Positions 19,201 through 26,341 of a stretch of 33,417 bases of DNA are shown in pieces (the stretch's first letter is position 1; each line of letters begins with the position of its first letter). The stretch is from a virus. Taxonomy: Duplodnaviria > Caudoviricetes. The notes beneath the pieces are model-generated. The model did no database searches. It was not told where the DNA came from and saw nothing but the letters and a program-made list of their open reading frames with translations. Position numbers and translations under genes: made by a program. The stretch is taken from positions 1 to 33,417 of IMG/VR virus record IMGVR_UViG_3300010047_000083. The stretch is one strand, 5' to 3'.

Positions 19201-19805
19201 ACTATATGACCCTCGTCAATGCCCAGAATGAGTCGGATGATATGAAGCGGTGGTCGAGGTTCCTACCGCGCACGTTTCAGAATCTATCAAGGGCATACCG
19301 GATTTATCGGGATGAGGGGGAGAAGACCCGGTCGGGGGCGGTGATTGCCCCGTTCGACGCCCGTAACCCGAATTTTACGCCCAGGTGGGACAGTGAGCAT
19401 TTTTATGAAGTCCTCGCCATTGCGGCCGGATATCAACCCACCCGCGTAATGCGGGAATGGGACCGGATTCGCATGACGCAGCATAGTAATATGCTCTGGA
19501 ATTTGCGTCGGACGGGCCTCCTGCAGCAATATGCCACAGCGCGAAGATCGCGGGACGAGGAGGATATAAAGTCGGTTCAGATGTCCATTGACAAATTCAA
19601 CTCGGACCTCCCCCCGTCGGCAGAGGCGAAGAAAATTACGCAGGAAACCCTGCGCCGGTCCTTTGAGCAGAGGGAAAGGACGCGGAGAGCGCAGGAGGAT
19701 CTGGGGGCGACGCAGAAGATGGACCAGGGCACCGCACTTTCCGTGAGACGCTTGTTTGAGAACAGGGCGAAGGGGAAGGTCCTGGAGGAGAAACCAGTTG
19801 AATAG
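13233..19805 (+). CDS. Giant polyvalent ejection/internal virion protein with zincin-like metallopeptidase motif and LPD-type C-terminal region
   Basis: 2190 aa. Hydrophobic Gly/Ala-rich N-terminal segments, HEMGH (16287-16301) plus downstream EEWMAE, a PLxRFG-like 'FIAHMHFGEY', and a helical C-terminal region resembling LPD38/39-type domains. Confidence 0.78.
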   Translation: MAEFDPNLPFTMVQAGQQSPVRRAPWLNPTEEPDLTPEEQQQRLPVPQEEQERQDFERNRRETEPPPPREKAPRRPAAQFNPDQSFQVAQAGEPTEFNPDKAFSVMAQVVPPVPQETPSVPKPDPAAPTSPAQQSPGNIVGSFNRGRANLNADLATATFSAGRFTADVVADNIMRAKAVEALNPPTPGVAAGDREWQKIEGIWPALGHIFSNPEWTASKAIETLPSSAPPMLLAAGGGLVGGTAGAIPGVGLGSALVEYGNSYREYLQKKAQPVTREDWLKVLNNPALTNEAHWWAMKRAAAVGTADMLGAFFGGKFAAKTIEKAGGTVLSKIGGISGGIGISGLTEGVGEAGAQLATEGKVDWKEVVLESVIGGLVGGPIEVAAGYSHGTGSTSHQGRAPTPEELGNIAGGQGSGGPPLHFPDRVSYVEVPSPAKNVAPVEPAVFEEPRQAAGQPVDLLVSGQEERTFSGRVTMAEGYDKTGQPFSIISGIQSDVDPVSEPARQEIRATRDEVEGHVQAGLAAKERGSQAQARGDMAGAGLGFQEATEAVARADSTRENYAAQVAKWLAGLTGVPDAQATGRAIEGAIKWAQDNGHKQVALLPSVEEETRAPEFYNKYLPQAIRKWAKATGIAAGVRAIRDREGKLRRVPFFEVPPKVTTAILPGVKRTGGGVTIEGRPSHTIADVNELLRNPGDPMMRQAPWGFSFPFVQSLTREQYATLLHNIERDPAYGAWLENFHRGLHDEDTFPGPVPLDIKIGESVRPGSRNWRQQQRAANEQKLSDLRQRISWIAQELRGTDPTNTPYRMELRNELTRLREEYRHVGKVGPKAENIIGESDRPKRKFKSPWGGEEYEQPKWVHIRNLRTRIGQLARDLTDFNKRYPGEVAVERRRLVELRKELRDLLAEPPEAGEARRPKGPAGPRDITNIPESNIGSGVTTALEIEQEKMKYSFAALQDLAKLVKSMRIGIPIRMNAVYDPTGHTISLGRGGLAADGTGFITINAAKLQSQVDAYDRAAHEMGHVLFQFYYASAPEAMKSKIQAAFDKWKSENSNPTMSAKEFFLKRDSAVSNYYSRLDPNVQLRDLQGGMKYWLSMEEWMAEQTARWATSDQEALTAVDQIFTRIGRKILEVRAALFKRLGIDIKSQGGQFAPDVAMAAWLNSFATDAIPRVPEIAWEEQNRSRVQNQAHMDPDVPAAPRQPETTPVLEGIRKLFGGGKPPGGAKPAPLPKNFHSAAAYADKFARWNKWLLSLPQVAQRNPHIAEVQNVVQLLRWQEQDRTTVQDSAMDTQRAWRNLGRTRSDTLVDFMDAYDQMEYLSEAERAAGTERLPTQQELADMARQFKLDADQLGVFNSIIGDYTRTLALMENLEKFETRDITDPAERKIAVDAIGEKYVQMRSRPFIAHMHFGEYILTIYGVDGTLKYKEHFRTKKEAQRAQRFIQSQIPTEFYAGPKISDKFLSQATAAAQKAADSILQPGDHAEVEVVDKTSAPFRGLPNGLLDRIGNRLNLNEQQQNDLALMRFLYNPNQQFIRRFRSRETTPGYSMDFQRAHAQYFWNFGNYYARVKYSEEIDKNVRSLYRTATFMPGDNRVTRMEIANFMSDLHNELKDTRSDWTILRSIAFFWFIGGVPSTATLNLSQITMGTYPYLAQIYGDRKAVGSTLNAGRQFYKWWKLDPDSMPAGELSQALHEANVAGVIDGVLAHELAGIADGASLRRWAGGNEIQRGMHMVQEVMSYMFHTTEKINRVTTFVAAHKLAEQGIPRDYARSLRMKNQLLLQSLRDKGWTDKAAMQYIAAVDAVDTTQYLFSRWARPKLFRGKQGNLFIFKSFAQNTLFNLWTQPGLRTRYLLMAALLGGFMGLPGMEDVDEIIEVLANKLFGKDFNLRKKTREMVVEGLDGPGYLADLVLHGLSRYSYGIPAALDLVSGSINLPHVPFPVVDRSRARSLGKVSPVPVGELFGIEAEKDYGKAVAKAIERAGGVMVGMAMTDYMTLVNAQNESDDMKRWSRFLPRTFQNLSRAYRIYRDEGEKTRSGAVIAPFDARNPNFTPRWDSEHFYEVLAIAAGYQPTRVMREWDRIRMTQHSNMLWNLRRTGLLQQYATARRSRDEEDIKSVQMSIDKFNSDLPPSAEAKKITQETLRRSFEQRERTRRAQEDLGATQKMDQGTALSVRRLFENRAKGKVLEEKPVE

Positions 19806-19807
19806 CA

Positions 19808-20206
19808 TTATTTCTTGTTCCAGGGTTTGAAGGATAGGAGGATTACGGGGTCGGGCCAGGTGCCGGTGAAGCAAAGGGCCCGGTCGTCGATGGTTAGGAA
19901 GGCGGACGGCTTTTCGACCGGCCAAGTTTCTGGATTATCCAGCCATCTCTCCATCATGACGGTGGCGCCGGGGGGTAGCTCCTTGCAGGCGTGTTCGCGG
20001 ATATACTCTCTCATGGCCCTAATGCCCTTATTCGACTGCGACCGGCTGGAATACACCTTTAGGTCGAAGAGGGCCAGGGCTTTCTGCAGAAATTCCATGG
20101 CGCCAGGGACAGGGGGGTCGTTGACCTTGTCACTACCGGCCCAGCCGGTCGTGTAGCTGTGGATAACGCCGTCGAAGTCGATACACAGGATTGGCTTTTT
20201 AATCAT
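19808..20206 (-). CDS. HAD-superfamily phosphatase (nucleotidase/PNKP-phosphatase-like)
   Basis: Motif I 'IDFDGVI', motif II 'YSSR', motifs III/IV 'KP...IDDRA'. Confidence 0.85.
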   Translation of the reverse strand: MIKKPILCIDFDGVIHSYTTGWAGSDKVNDPPVPGAMEFLQKALALFDLKVYSSRSQSNKGIRAMREYIREHACKELPPGATVMMERWLDNPETWPVEKPSAFLTIDDRALCFTGTWPDPVILLSFKPWNKK

Positions 20207-21420
20207 GTGGGGTTGCTCCGTAGGGTGATCTTGGGAACGCCATCATGGCGGATGGTCTGCAGTTGGTTGGCTTTATTTGCGGCTGCTATTGCCTCCTTAA
20301 ACTTCTTCAACTCCATTGTATTGTGCAGGAGGCCCCATAGTTCTTCGACCGTAACGGCGCCATATGCACGCACGACCGCAACTATCTCGTTCACATTCCG
20401 GGCCTCCTCGGCCACACCGACAGATTCGAATACCCGGAGCATGTTGGGCTCGGCCCCCTCCAGGATCGTCAGTGCGGTCTCCAGGTCCTCCCTGACGATT
20501 ACCCTTTCGTCCCTGCGGGCGGCCGCTAGGATCAGCGCCAGCTTGTGGATGTGGCCGTATTTGCGGCTGAAATAGCCCCCATAACGGCTGGAGGCCATAT
20601 GGCGGGGCGTGCCGCCGTTCCAGTGCTGGGCGTACCATTCGTGTCCCCATGCCCTAGCCTCCTGGCTTATCTCGTAGGGCCCCGCTATCTGGGCTATCTT
20701 CTGTAGGTCCTCGATCAGCTTCCCGTCCATCTCCCAATAGCTGCTGTCGGCTATCACCTCGTCCGGATAGGGGATCAGCTTCCGCTTCTGGTCTGCGTAG
20801 ACGAAGATAACCCTTGATGCTAATCCGCCGGTTATCATAGATGGCGAGAAGTTGTCCTGTATCCAGGACGGAGTGGTACATCCCAGTATATTCAAGAGTG
20901 GATTGTCGATCTTGATTTCTCCGGAGGCTGCCGTCTTGTGCTCGAACGGCTTTCGCTTTCCGTCCCACATCTCGATTAAGAATGAGATTAACTTCTGGTC
21001 CTCGGTTACTAGCATAGTCCCCAGTTCTGATGTAAAGATGGAAAGAGACGACATCGGCATAGTCTTCTCTTCCTGGTTCTGGTCTAAGTATTTCGCGTAG
21101 TAGAATGCGTCCTCGAACGCCTTGCCTAACCCTTGCCATGTCAGGGACTCCGGGCCAAAATGGTTGTTCTCAAGTCGCGCCAGGAAACTGTAACCCACGC
21201 TGGCGCTGGTGCTTTTGGCGACGATGCCGGGGGGTCCCACGAAAATGATGTAGAAGTTGGGGACCCACTGGAATTTCCGCATGTCGATCCAGACCCGGCG
21301 CTGAAGAGCACCGGCAATGGTCCACACCGCGGCCCAAAAATGGAAGCTGGTGGGGGCTTCGCTGTCCTCAGTAAATTCGATATAGCCCTTAATCCAATCG
21401 GGGAAATTCCGTGTTGCCAT
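20203..21420 (-). CDS. DUF3987/YfjI-type AAA+ helicase-like protein (putative replicative helicase)
   Basis: 'EAPTSFHFW', 'PNFYIIFVGPPGIVAKST' (Walker A variant), 'SELG' (Walker B), 'LGCTTP' and 'GLASRVIFV'. Adjacent to the polymerase. Confidence 0.78.
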   Translation of the reverse strand: MATRNFPDWIKGYIEFTEDSEAPTSFHFWAAVWTIAGALQRRVWIDMRKFQWVPNFYIIFVGPPGIVAKSTSASVGYSFLARLENNHFGPESLTWQGLGKAFEDAFYYAKYLDQNQEEKTMPMSSLSIFTSELGTMLVTEDQKLISFLIEMWDGKRKPFEHKTAASGEIKIDNPLLNILGCTTPSWIQDNFSPSMITGGLASRVIFVYADQKRKLIPYPDEVIADSSYWEMDGKLIEDLQKIAQIAGPYEISQEARAWGHEWYAQHWNGGTPRHMASSRYGGYFSRKYGHIHKLALILAAARRDERVIVREDLETALTILEGAEPNMLRVFESVGVAEEARNVNEIVAVVRAYGAVTVEELWGLLHNTMELKKFKEAIAAANKANQLQTIRHDGVPKITLRSNPT

Positions 21421-21427
21421 GCTATGC

Positions 21428-23896
21428 TCACTTACAGTCTCCCCATGAGACGGTACTCTTTTTCAGTTTCCAGGGGATGGTTAGTGGGTCACCATACGGG
21501 GTTATAGTTGTTAGGGACTTCGTTATTTCCCCTTCTGGAGGGACCTTGTCCAGGGGGATTTGGAATAGGTTACTGTCATGCACGGACATTAGCGGTTCGA
21601 CCTGCGGGTGGCGGTCGATCAGTTGCAGTATGCCGTCGAAACAGGCGATAGCGACGGTGGACTGGGGCACCCATGCCAGGGCTTGAGTGAGGCAGTTGTC
21701 GGGGCGGTCGAAGTAAATCCGCGAGTAGCCGTAGGCGTTGGTGACGCTATTTCGGTGTTTGAGGCCCGCTTCAGTCCGCTTGATGCGCTCCTTAATGCCG
21801 GGATGGATGGAGAACCATCTTCTTTGGAAGGTCTGGCTTTCGTGGATGGTCCAGCCCATGGCCATTGCGATCGCGCGGTCGGAGCCGCCGTAGTTGGTGA
21901 GGTGGACGGACTTCTTGGTCTGCTGCCTCTTTTGGCGCCACGGCCGGCTATCCTTTTCCAGCCGGGAGAATTCTGGGCCCCATAGCATCTCGGCGTTTAG
22001 GGCATGGACATCGACCCGCTTACGGAAAGCCTCCTTGAGGACATCGTCGTCCGCCTCCCACGCCACGACCTGGGCATCCGCCCCCTCCAGATCGCCTTCG
22101 AACATGATATAGCCCTCGTCGCACTGGAACATCTCGCGGATGTTGGGCGGGGGGTAGTCGCTATAGGGGTCCCAGCCTAGGTGCTCATCGCCGGATGAAA
22201 GGTTCTGCATGTTCATACCGCGGTCGAAGGCGTTGGTGCCTGTGGACCAGCGGAAGGTCTCAGTGCCCCCGGTGTTTATCATGCAGCGGGCTCGGTCGTC
22301 GGGGTCGATTTCGCTATCAATATACACATCTTTGAAGATCGCGAGTGAGCGCTTGAACGATATGAGGTTGAACAGATTCGTTAGATCGGGATGCTTTTTC
22401 TGGAGCGTGTTGAAGGCTTCGTCGTTGATGGTCGGACGCTTGGTTTTGCGGTGGCGGACCACCTCCAGCCCCAACTTGTCATAAAAAATCTGCATTTGTT
22501 GTATAGGGCTATTGTACCAGGGGGTTTTCCCTGGCTCGCTGGGGATAATATGCTCTAGCTGCCCCTTGACACGGGTGAGTGCACTGGTTAGCTCCTTGCC
22601 AAATTGCTTCCGCTTTTCCTTGTTGATGCGGACCCCCCGGCGCATCATCTTGAGGGCCAGTTCGTTCTTCTGCTTCTCCTTTTCCCATTTGCTATGCAAG
22701 TTCAGGGGGGTCAGCATGGCCATTTGGTTCTGGCCAATCTCTAGCGTACGGAGGGCGTCCATGCAGTTGTACTTTAGATGGGCGGCGAGGTCGCCCTTGC
22801 CCTGCCACTCCTTACTGTCGTCCTTCCAATACCAGTGGTGGCGGCAGTAGAGACTGGAGAGGTGGCCTAGGTCCTTGGGCTCGCCGGGGAATTTGAGGTG
22901 GTGGAAGAGCATGGTGTCGTGGAGGTCGACGGGCCGGATGCCCCAGTGGTCGAGTTGGTATTGGATATCGTAGAGGTAGTTCTGGCCGATGGTCGTAAGG
23001 TTAGGGTGGCAGAGGACCTTGCCCAGAAGCTGGACTATCTCGAATTCCTGGTCAGCCGGCCAGTACGTCGAGCCGTCTGCGTTCACGAAGGGTATTGACA
23101 TTGCGAAGTGGAGGGTATCGGCTAGCCCGATGCAGGAAATGAAGGTGCGGCGAATAGTTTCAATGTCGGATGCCAGACATAGATTCTCCGTATCCAAACG
23201 GAACAACCACTCGCGAAGTTTGTTAGTAGCTTGGGTGAAGCTGGGGGGCGCCAGCACCACGGGGTCTATGGCCGGTCGCCAGTCCCCAACGAGGGCCTGC
23301 TTGACGCGGGTTTTGAGGTCATGAACCGTATACGCACGCATGGACCATTCGCGAAGAATGGCCGCCGGGTGGATTATAGGAAGAACCGGCGTGGGCGGGA
23401 GGTCCGCATTAAGGATGGGGCGCAGGTAGGTCATGCTCCCCCGCCAGTTTCCTATACCAGTAGGGACCTTGATGCTGTCCTTGCCCGGCTTGGGTACGGA
23501 GTGCGGCGTAAGCGCCCATAGGGGATAGTTGCCGGCGGCGATAATGAGTCGGCGGGGGTGGGCTATTATCTGCTCATAGAGCCTTTCTAAGCCCGCTAAT
23601 ACCCTTTCTGAGGGCCGCAAGCCATCCCACAACTCTCCGTTTTTGTCATGTGGGAGGAACCAGCGGAATAGGTCATTCTGGGGTGGCCGGTCATTGACCA
23701 CGTTGGTTAGGAGCAGGTCGCGACGGGCAAGGCCGGCGTCTTTCAGCATGTAGTTTAGGAGATTGCCAGCGGCCCCGCAGAAGGGCTGTTGCTGGCTGAC
23801 CTCTTCCGAGCCGTAGGCCTCGCCGACAAGCACAATCTTAGCGTCTGGCGGGCCGGCCGTGCCCCGGAAGAGGCTAGCGTCCTGTGGTCCGTGCAT
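21428..23896 (-). CDS. polA: Family A DNA polymerase with N-terminal uracil-DNA-glycosylase-like domain and 3'-5' exonuclease
   Basis: UDG-like 'VGEAYG.EE....PFCG.AG', 'TNVV..RPP.N' and 'HPAAILR'. Exo I/II/III 'DIET', 'QNYLYD', 'YNCMD'. Pol 'TETFRWS', 'NMQN', motif A 'DLEGAD', motif B 'RQQTKKSVHLTNYG', motif C 'VHDS'. Confidence 0.95.
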   Translation of the reverse strand: MHGPQDASLFRGTAGPPDAKIVLVGEAYGSEEVSQQQPFCGAAGNLLNYMLKDAGLARRDLLLTNVVNDRPPQNDLFRWFLPHDKNGELWDGLRPSERVLAGLERLYEQIIAHPRRLIIAAGNYPLWALTPHSVPKPGKDSIKVPTGIGNWRGSMTYLRPILNADLPPTPVLPIIHPAAILREWSMRAYTVHDLKTRVKQALVGDWRPAIDPVVLAPPSFTQATNKLREWLFRLDTENLCLASDIETIRRTFISCIGLADTLHFAMSIPFVNADGSTYWPADQEFEIVQLLGKVLCHPNLTTIGQNYLYDIQYQLDHWGIRPVDLHDTMLFHHLKFPGEPKDLGHLSSLYCRHHWYWKDDSKEWQGKGDLAAHLKYNCMDALRTLEIGQNQMAMLTPLNLHSKWEKEKQKNELALKMMRRGVRINKEKRKQFGKELTSALTRVKGQLEHIIPSEPGKTPWYNSPIQQMQIFYDKLGLEVVRHRKTKRPTINDEAFNTLQKKHPDLTNLFNLISFKRSLAIFKDVYIDSEIDPDDRARCMINTGGTETFRWSTGTNAFDRGMNMQNLSSGDEHLGWDPYSDYPPPNIREMFQCDEGYIMFEGDLEGADAQVVAWEADDDVLKEAFRKRVDVHALNAEMLWGPEFSRLEKDSRPWRQKRQQTKKSVHLTNYGGSDRAIAMAMGWTIHESQTFQRRWFSIHPGIKERIKRTEAGLKHRNSVTNAYGYSRIYFDRPDNCLTQALAWVPQSTVAIACFDGILQLIDRHPQVEPLMSVHDSNLFQIPLDKVPPEGEITKSLTTITPYGDPLTIPWKLKKSTVSWGDCK

Positions 23897-24086
23897 GTTC
23901 TTCCCCTAGATAGGCGTAGCGGTGGTGGATGTAGGGGGCTGGGCAGGAGCAGGGCCAGACCATTAGCCAAGTGCTGTGCCCGCCGCGGTCGGGGTGGATG
24001 ATGTTCTCGACCATCCAGCCCATGAGTAAGTAGTCGCTGACCAGCGGCTCCCATACATTCATGAAGGTTCGGGGCCGGTCGGTCAT
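23874..24086 (-). CDS. Hypothetical protein (70 aa)
   Basis: ATGA-coupled to the upstream gene and overlaps the polymerase start; 'WPCSC' motif. Confidence 0.6.
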   Translation of the reverse strand: MTDRPRTFMNVWEPLVSDYLLMGWMVENIIHPDRGGHSTWLMVWPCSCPAPYIHHRYAYLGEEHARTTGR

Positions 24087-24442
24087 AGCATTATGTCCGA
24101 GCCAATCTCTATCGACTTGTTGTTGAAGGCGGAGATTACTGCTTCCTCCAGGTCGATGTTCTGACTAGCGGCCCAGAGGGATAGGTAGATGACCGTGTCG
24201 GCCATTTCACGGGCGAGGTCGGCGCGCAAGGTGCTACGGGTCATTCTGGGATCATTACCCTTGATGCCGTCACGGAGGCGGAGCATCTTCTTGGCGATAT
24301 TACAGGCTTCGCCCAGTTCACCGACCGCAGCACAGCCCCACTCCGCGACGGACCAGCCATCCAATTCGTGCCCGAAGCCGGCAGTGCAGCGCTCGATGTT
24401 AGCCTTCTGCAGTTCGCTGAGGGTTAGGTTGCGGGTCTTCAT
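24083..24442 (-). CDS. MazG-like nucleotide pyrophosphohydrolase
   Basis: 'GELGEACNIAKK...EMADTVIYL' all-alpha NTP-PPase signature and 'IDLEEAV...FN'. Confidence 0.88.
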   Translation of the reverse strand: MKTRNLTLSELQKANIERCTAGFGHELDGWSVAEWGCAAVGELGEACNIAKKMLRLRDGIKGNDPRMTRSTLRADLAREMADTVIYLSLWAASQNIDLEEAVISAFNNKSIEIGSDIML

Positions 24443-25760
24443 TTTCGTCTCCTTCGAGGATGGTAGAGAGGGGTGCTAGCACGTTTGCCATGGCTAGCTT
24501 GTGGGTGGGCTCGTCGACTTCGATGCCAATGGATTTGCGGTTCAGTTCTCGGGCGGCAATAAGAGTTGAGCCCGAGCCGCAGCAGGGGTCAAGCACAACA
24601 TCTCCGGGGTCGGTTGCGGTTTCAATAAGGAAGGAGAGGAGCCATAGGGGTTTCTCGGCCCCATGGACACGTCTGTTGCGGTTAACTCGCGGCCCAGAGA
24701 GGACGTCAATAGGCTGGGCTCCTCCCACGGCATGGACGCCACGGTCACCTTTAGTGGCGAAAAATATGAGATCATATCCGTGACGAAAGCCAATCGGGCC
24801 CCACAAAGCGTAACCCCCGCCTGCAGACTTATCCCAGACCAGAGGCAGCCGATGCCATCGCCATCCAACCGCGTCGCATTGTTCGCGCATGAACGGAATG
24901 TAGTCGAAGTCGCAGAAAAGTAGAAGGTTGGAACGGGGTTTTGCGACACGGTAGCCCTCCCTTATGATTGACGCTAGGACCGAGCGGGTGTGATCTGGCG
25001 AATCATCGGCATGGTACGCCACATGGGTTCGTTTGGTATACTGGCTGCTATTGGCATTGATCCCGTAAGGCGGGTCAGCCAGTATGAGGTCGATTGACCC
25101 ACCCTCCATAGATGGGAGTGCGCTGCATAAATCCGAATGAATAATACTGGGGGCGTCAGGACGCTCGACCCTAGCAGCGAGTTCCGCTCTAACTGCCTCT
25201 TCCTCCGATTTAAGGAGTTGCTGGTAGGCTTCTCGTTCATTGCGGGCTCCTGCGATGCGGGGGTCGGTTAGCTTGTCCGCTAGCGCTGTGGCCCAGCGGA
25301 CCTCCTTCCGGGTGGTCTCGACCGACAGGCCGTGCTTGGCCGCTAGCTCTTGGGCCGTGTCGTTGGGGGTCTGGTCGGGGTTCTGTGCGGTGCGGAGGTT
25401 ATGGATGGCGGCGATGGCGGCAATTCGGTCCTGCCATTCCAGATCGCTGCGGTCGACGTTCTCCGACAACTCCGCTTCCATGATGCCGATGGCGTCGAGG
25501 TCCGTGAGGTCGATGGCGGGGACAATGCCGGGCGGGATTGGCTGCCCGTTGCAGAAGAAGAAGCGGCCGGCTAGATGGATACGCCTTATAGCCTGCAGAC
25601 GGTTATAACCCGCCACAAGATTATTGCCAGCAAGAACAACTGGGTGGAGGAGTCCAAGTCGCTGAATGGAACTGGTAAGGTCAACAAGTTTGTCCTCCTT
25701 TACTGGGGCTTTGCGCTGGCGGTCGGGGATGATGATTTCGTCAACTGGGACTAGGCGCAT
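24399..25760 (-). CDS. ParB-N domain / N6A-N4C DNA methyltransferase (beta class) fusion
   Basis: ParB 'SIQRLGLLHPVVL...LVAGYNRLQA...EN..R.DL', then 'DLILADPPY', 'H..EKP..LL..LI' and 'VLDPCCGSGST'. Confidence 0.9.
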   Translation of the reverse strand: MRLVPVDEIIIPDRQRKAPVKEDKLVDLTSSIQRLGLLHPVVLAGNNLVAGYNRLQAIRRIHLAGRFFFCNGQPIPPGIVPAIDLTDLDAIGIMEAELSENVDRSDLEWQDRIAAIAAIHNLRTAQNPDQTPNDTAQELAAKHGLSVETTRKEVRWATALADKLTDPRIAGARNEREAYQQLLKSEEEAVRAELAARVERPDAPSIIHSDLCSALPSMEGGSIDLILADPPYGINANSSQYTKRTHVAYHADDSPDHTRSVLASIIREGYRVAKPRSNLLLFCDFDYIPFMREQCDAVGWRWHRLPLVWDKSAGGGYALWGPIGFRHGYDLIFFATKGDRGVHAVGGAQPIDVLSGPRVNRNRRVHGAEKPLWLLSFLIETATDPGDVVLDPCCGSGSTLIAARELNRKSIGIEVDEPTHKLAMANVLAPLSTILEGDENEDPQPNPQRTAEG

Positions 25761-25771
25761 GGAGGGCTCCA

Positions 25772-25851
25772 GAAAGTGGGGACCACTTGGATGGGGGAGT
25801 GGATATCCTTGTGGTCCCCCTACGGGCCTGGAGGGGAACTCGCAGCCCGCA
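25772..25851 (-). promoter_or_regulatory. Tandem hairpins in the SSB to ParB-MTase intergenic region (attenuator/terminator-like)
   Basis: On the - strand a TGCGGGCT/GGCCCGTA stem is followed by a GGGGACCAC...GTGGTCCCC stem (9 bp plus inner GGAT/ATCC) and then ACTTTCT. Confidence 0.55.
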
Positions 25852-25865
25852 GTTAGTTACAGATG

Positions 25866-26339
25866 CTACTTGATGGCAGAGACCCTACGGACCTCGGCGT
25901 ACTTGGTTTCCGGGTCCATTGGGTCCGGGATGCGGTGCTTGACCAGGATCATGATCGGCCCCGCTCCGGCCAGTTTGCTAATGTTCCAGCCCTTCCTTTT
26001 GTTCTGGCCGCAAGCCTCGCGCATTTGGCCGAGCTTGACGTTCTTGTCCTTGCCAGTGGAGAGGGTAGAGCCGTCATCGTCGAAGTCCAGGAAGATGCCC
26101 TTATGAGGGACCACCAGCTTCTCCCGGCCGACCGCGTCGATGGCCTTTTGATCGGTCACGACGAACATCGGCTGGAAGATTTGGACCTCGCTACCGTCGT
26201 CACGTTCGATGGTACGGAAGTTATTTTCCGTGATATCGTCCACCATGGCCTGCCATTCGCCCTCAGGACAAGGGGTCATGGAGGTGGACATGGAGGCGTC
26301 CACGGTTTGGGTCAGTAACGCGTCAAGATTGATACCCAT
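25866..26339 (-). CDS. Single-stranded DNA-binding protein (DUF669-like)
   Basis: 'P.PEGEW.A.V', OB-fold-like strands and 'VKHR......YAEVRRV'. Follows a Sak4-like ATPase. Confidence 0.7.
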   Translation of the reverse strand: MGINLDALLTQTVDASMSTSMTPCPEGEWQAMVDDITENNFRTIERDDGSEVQIFQPMFVVTDQKAIDAVGREKLVVPHKGIFLDFDDDGSTLSTGKDKNVKLGQMREACGQNKRKGWNISKLAGAGPIMILVKHRIPDPMDPETKYAEVRRVSAIK

Positions 26340-26341
26340 CT

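Noticed and set aside
13998-19925. Long antisense and alternate-frame ORFs (e.g. 13998-15023, 15171-15815, 19287-19925, also 2697-3620)
   Set aside because: Shadow ORFs of GC-rich coding sequence: no RBS, no motifs, and fully overlapping well-supported genes.
21428-24442. 2-aminoadenine (Z) genome system suggested by PolA plus MazG
   Set aside because: No PurZ or HD-domain dATPase in the window, so it cannot be supported.
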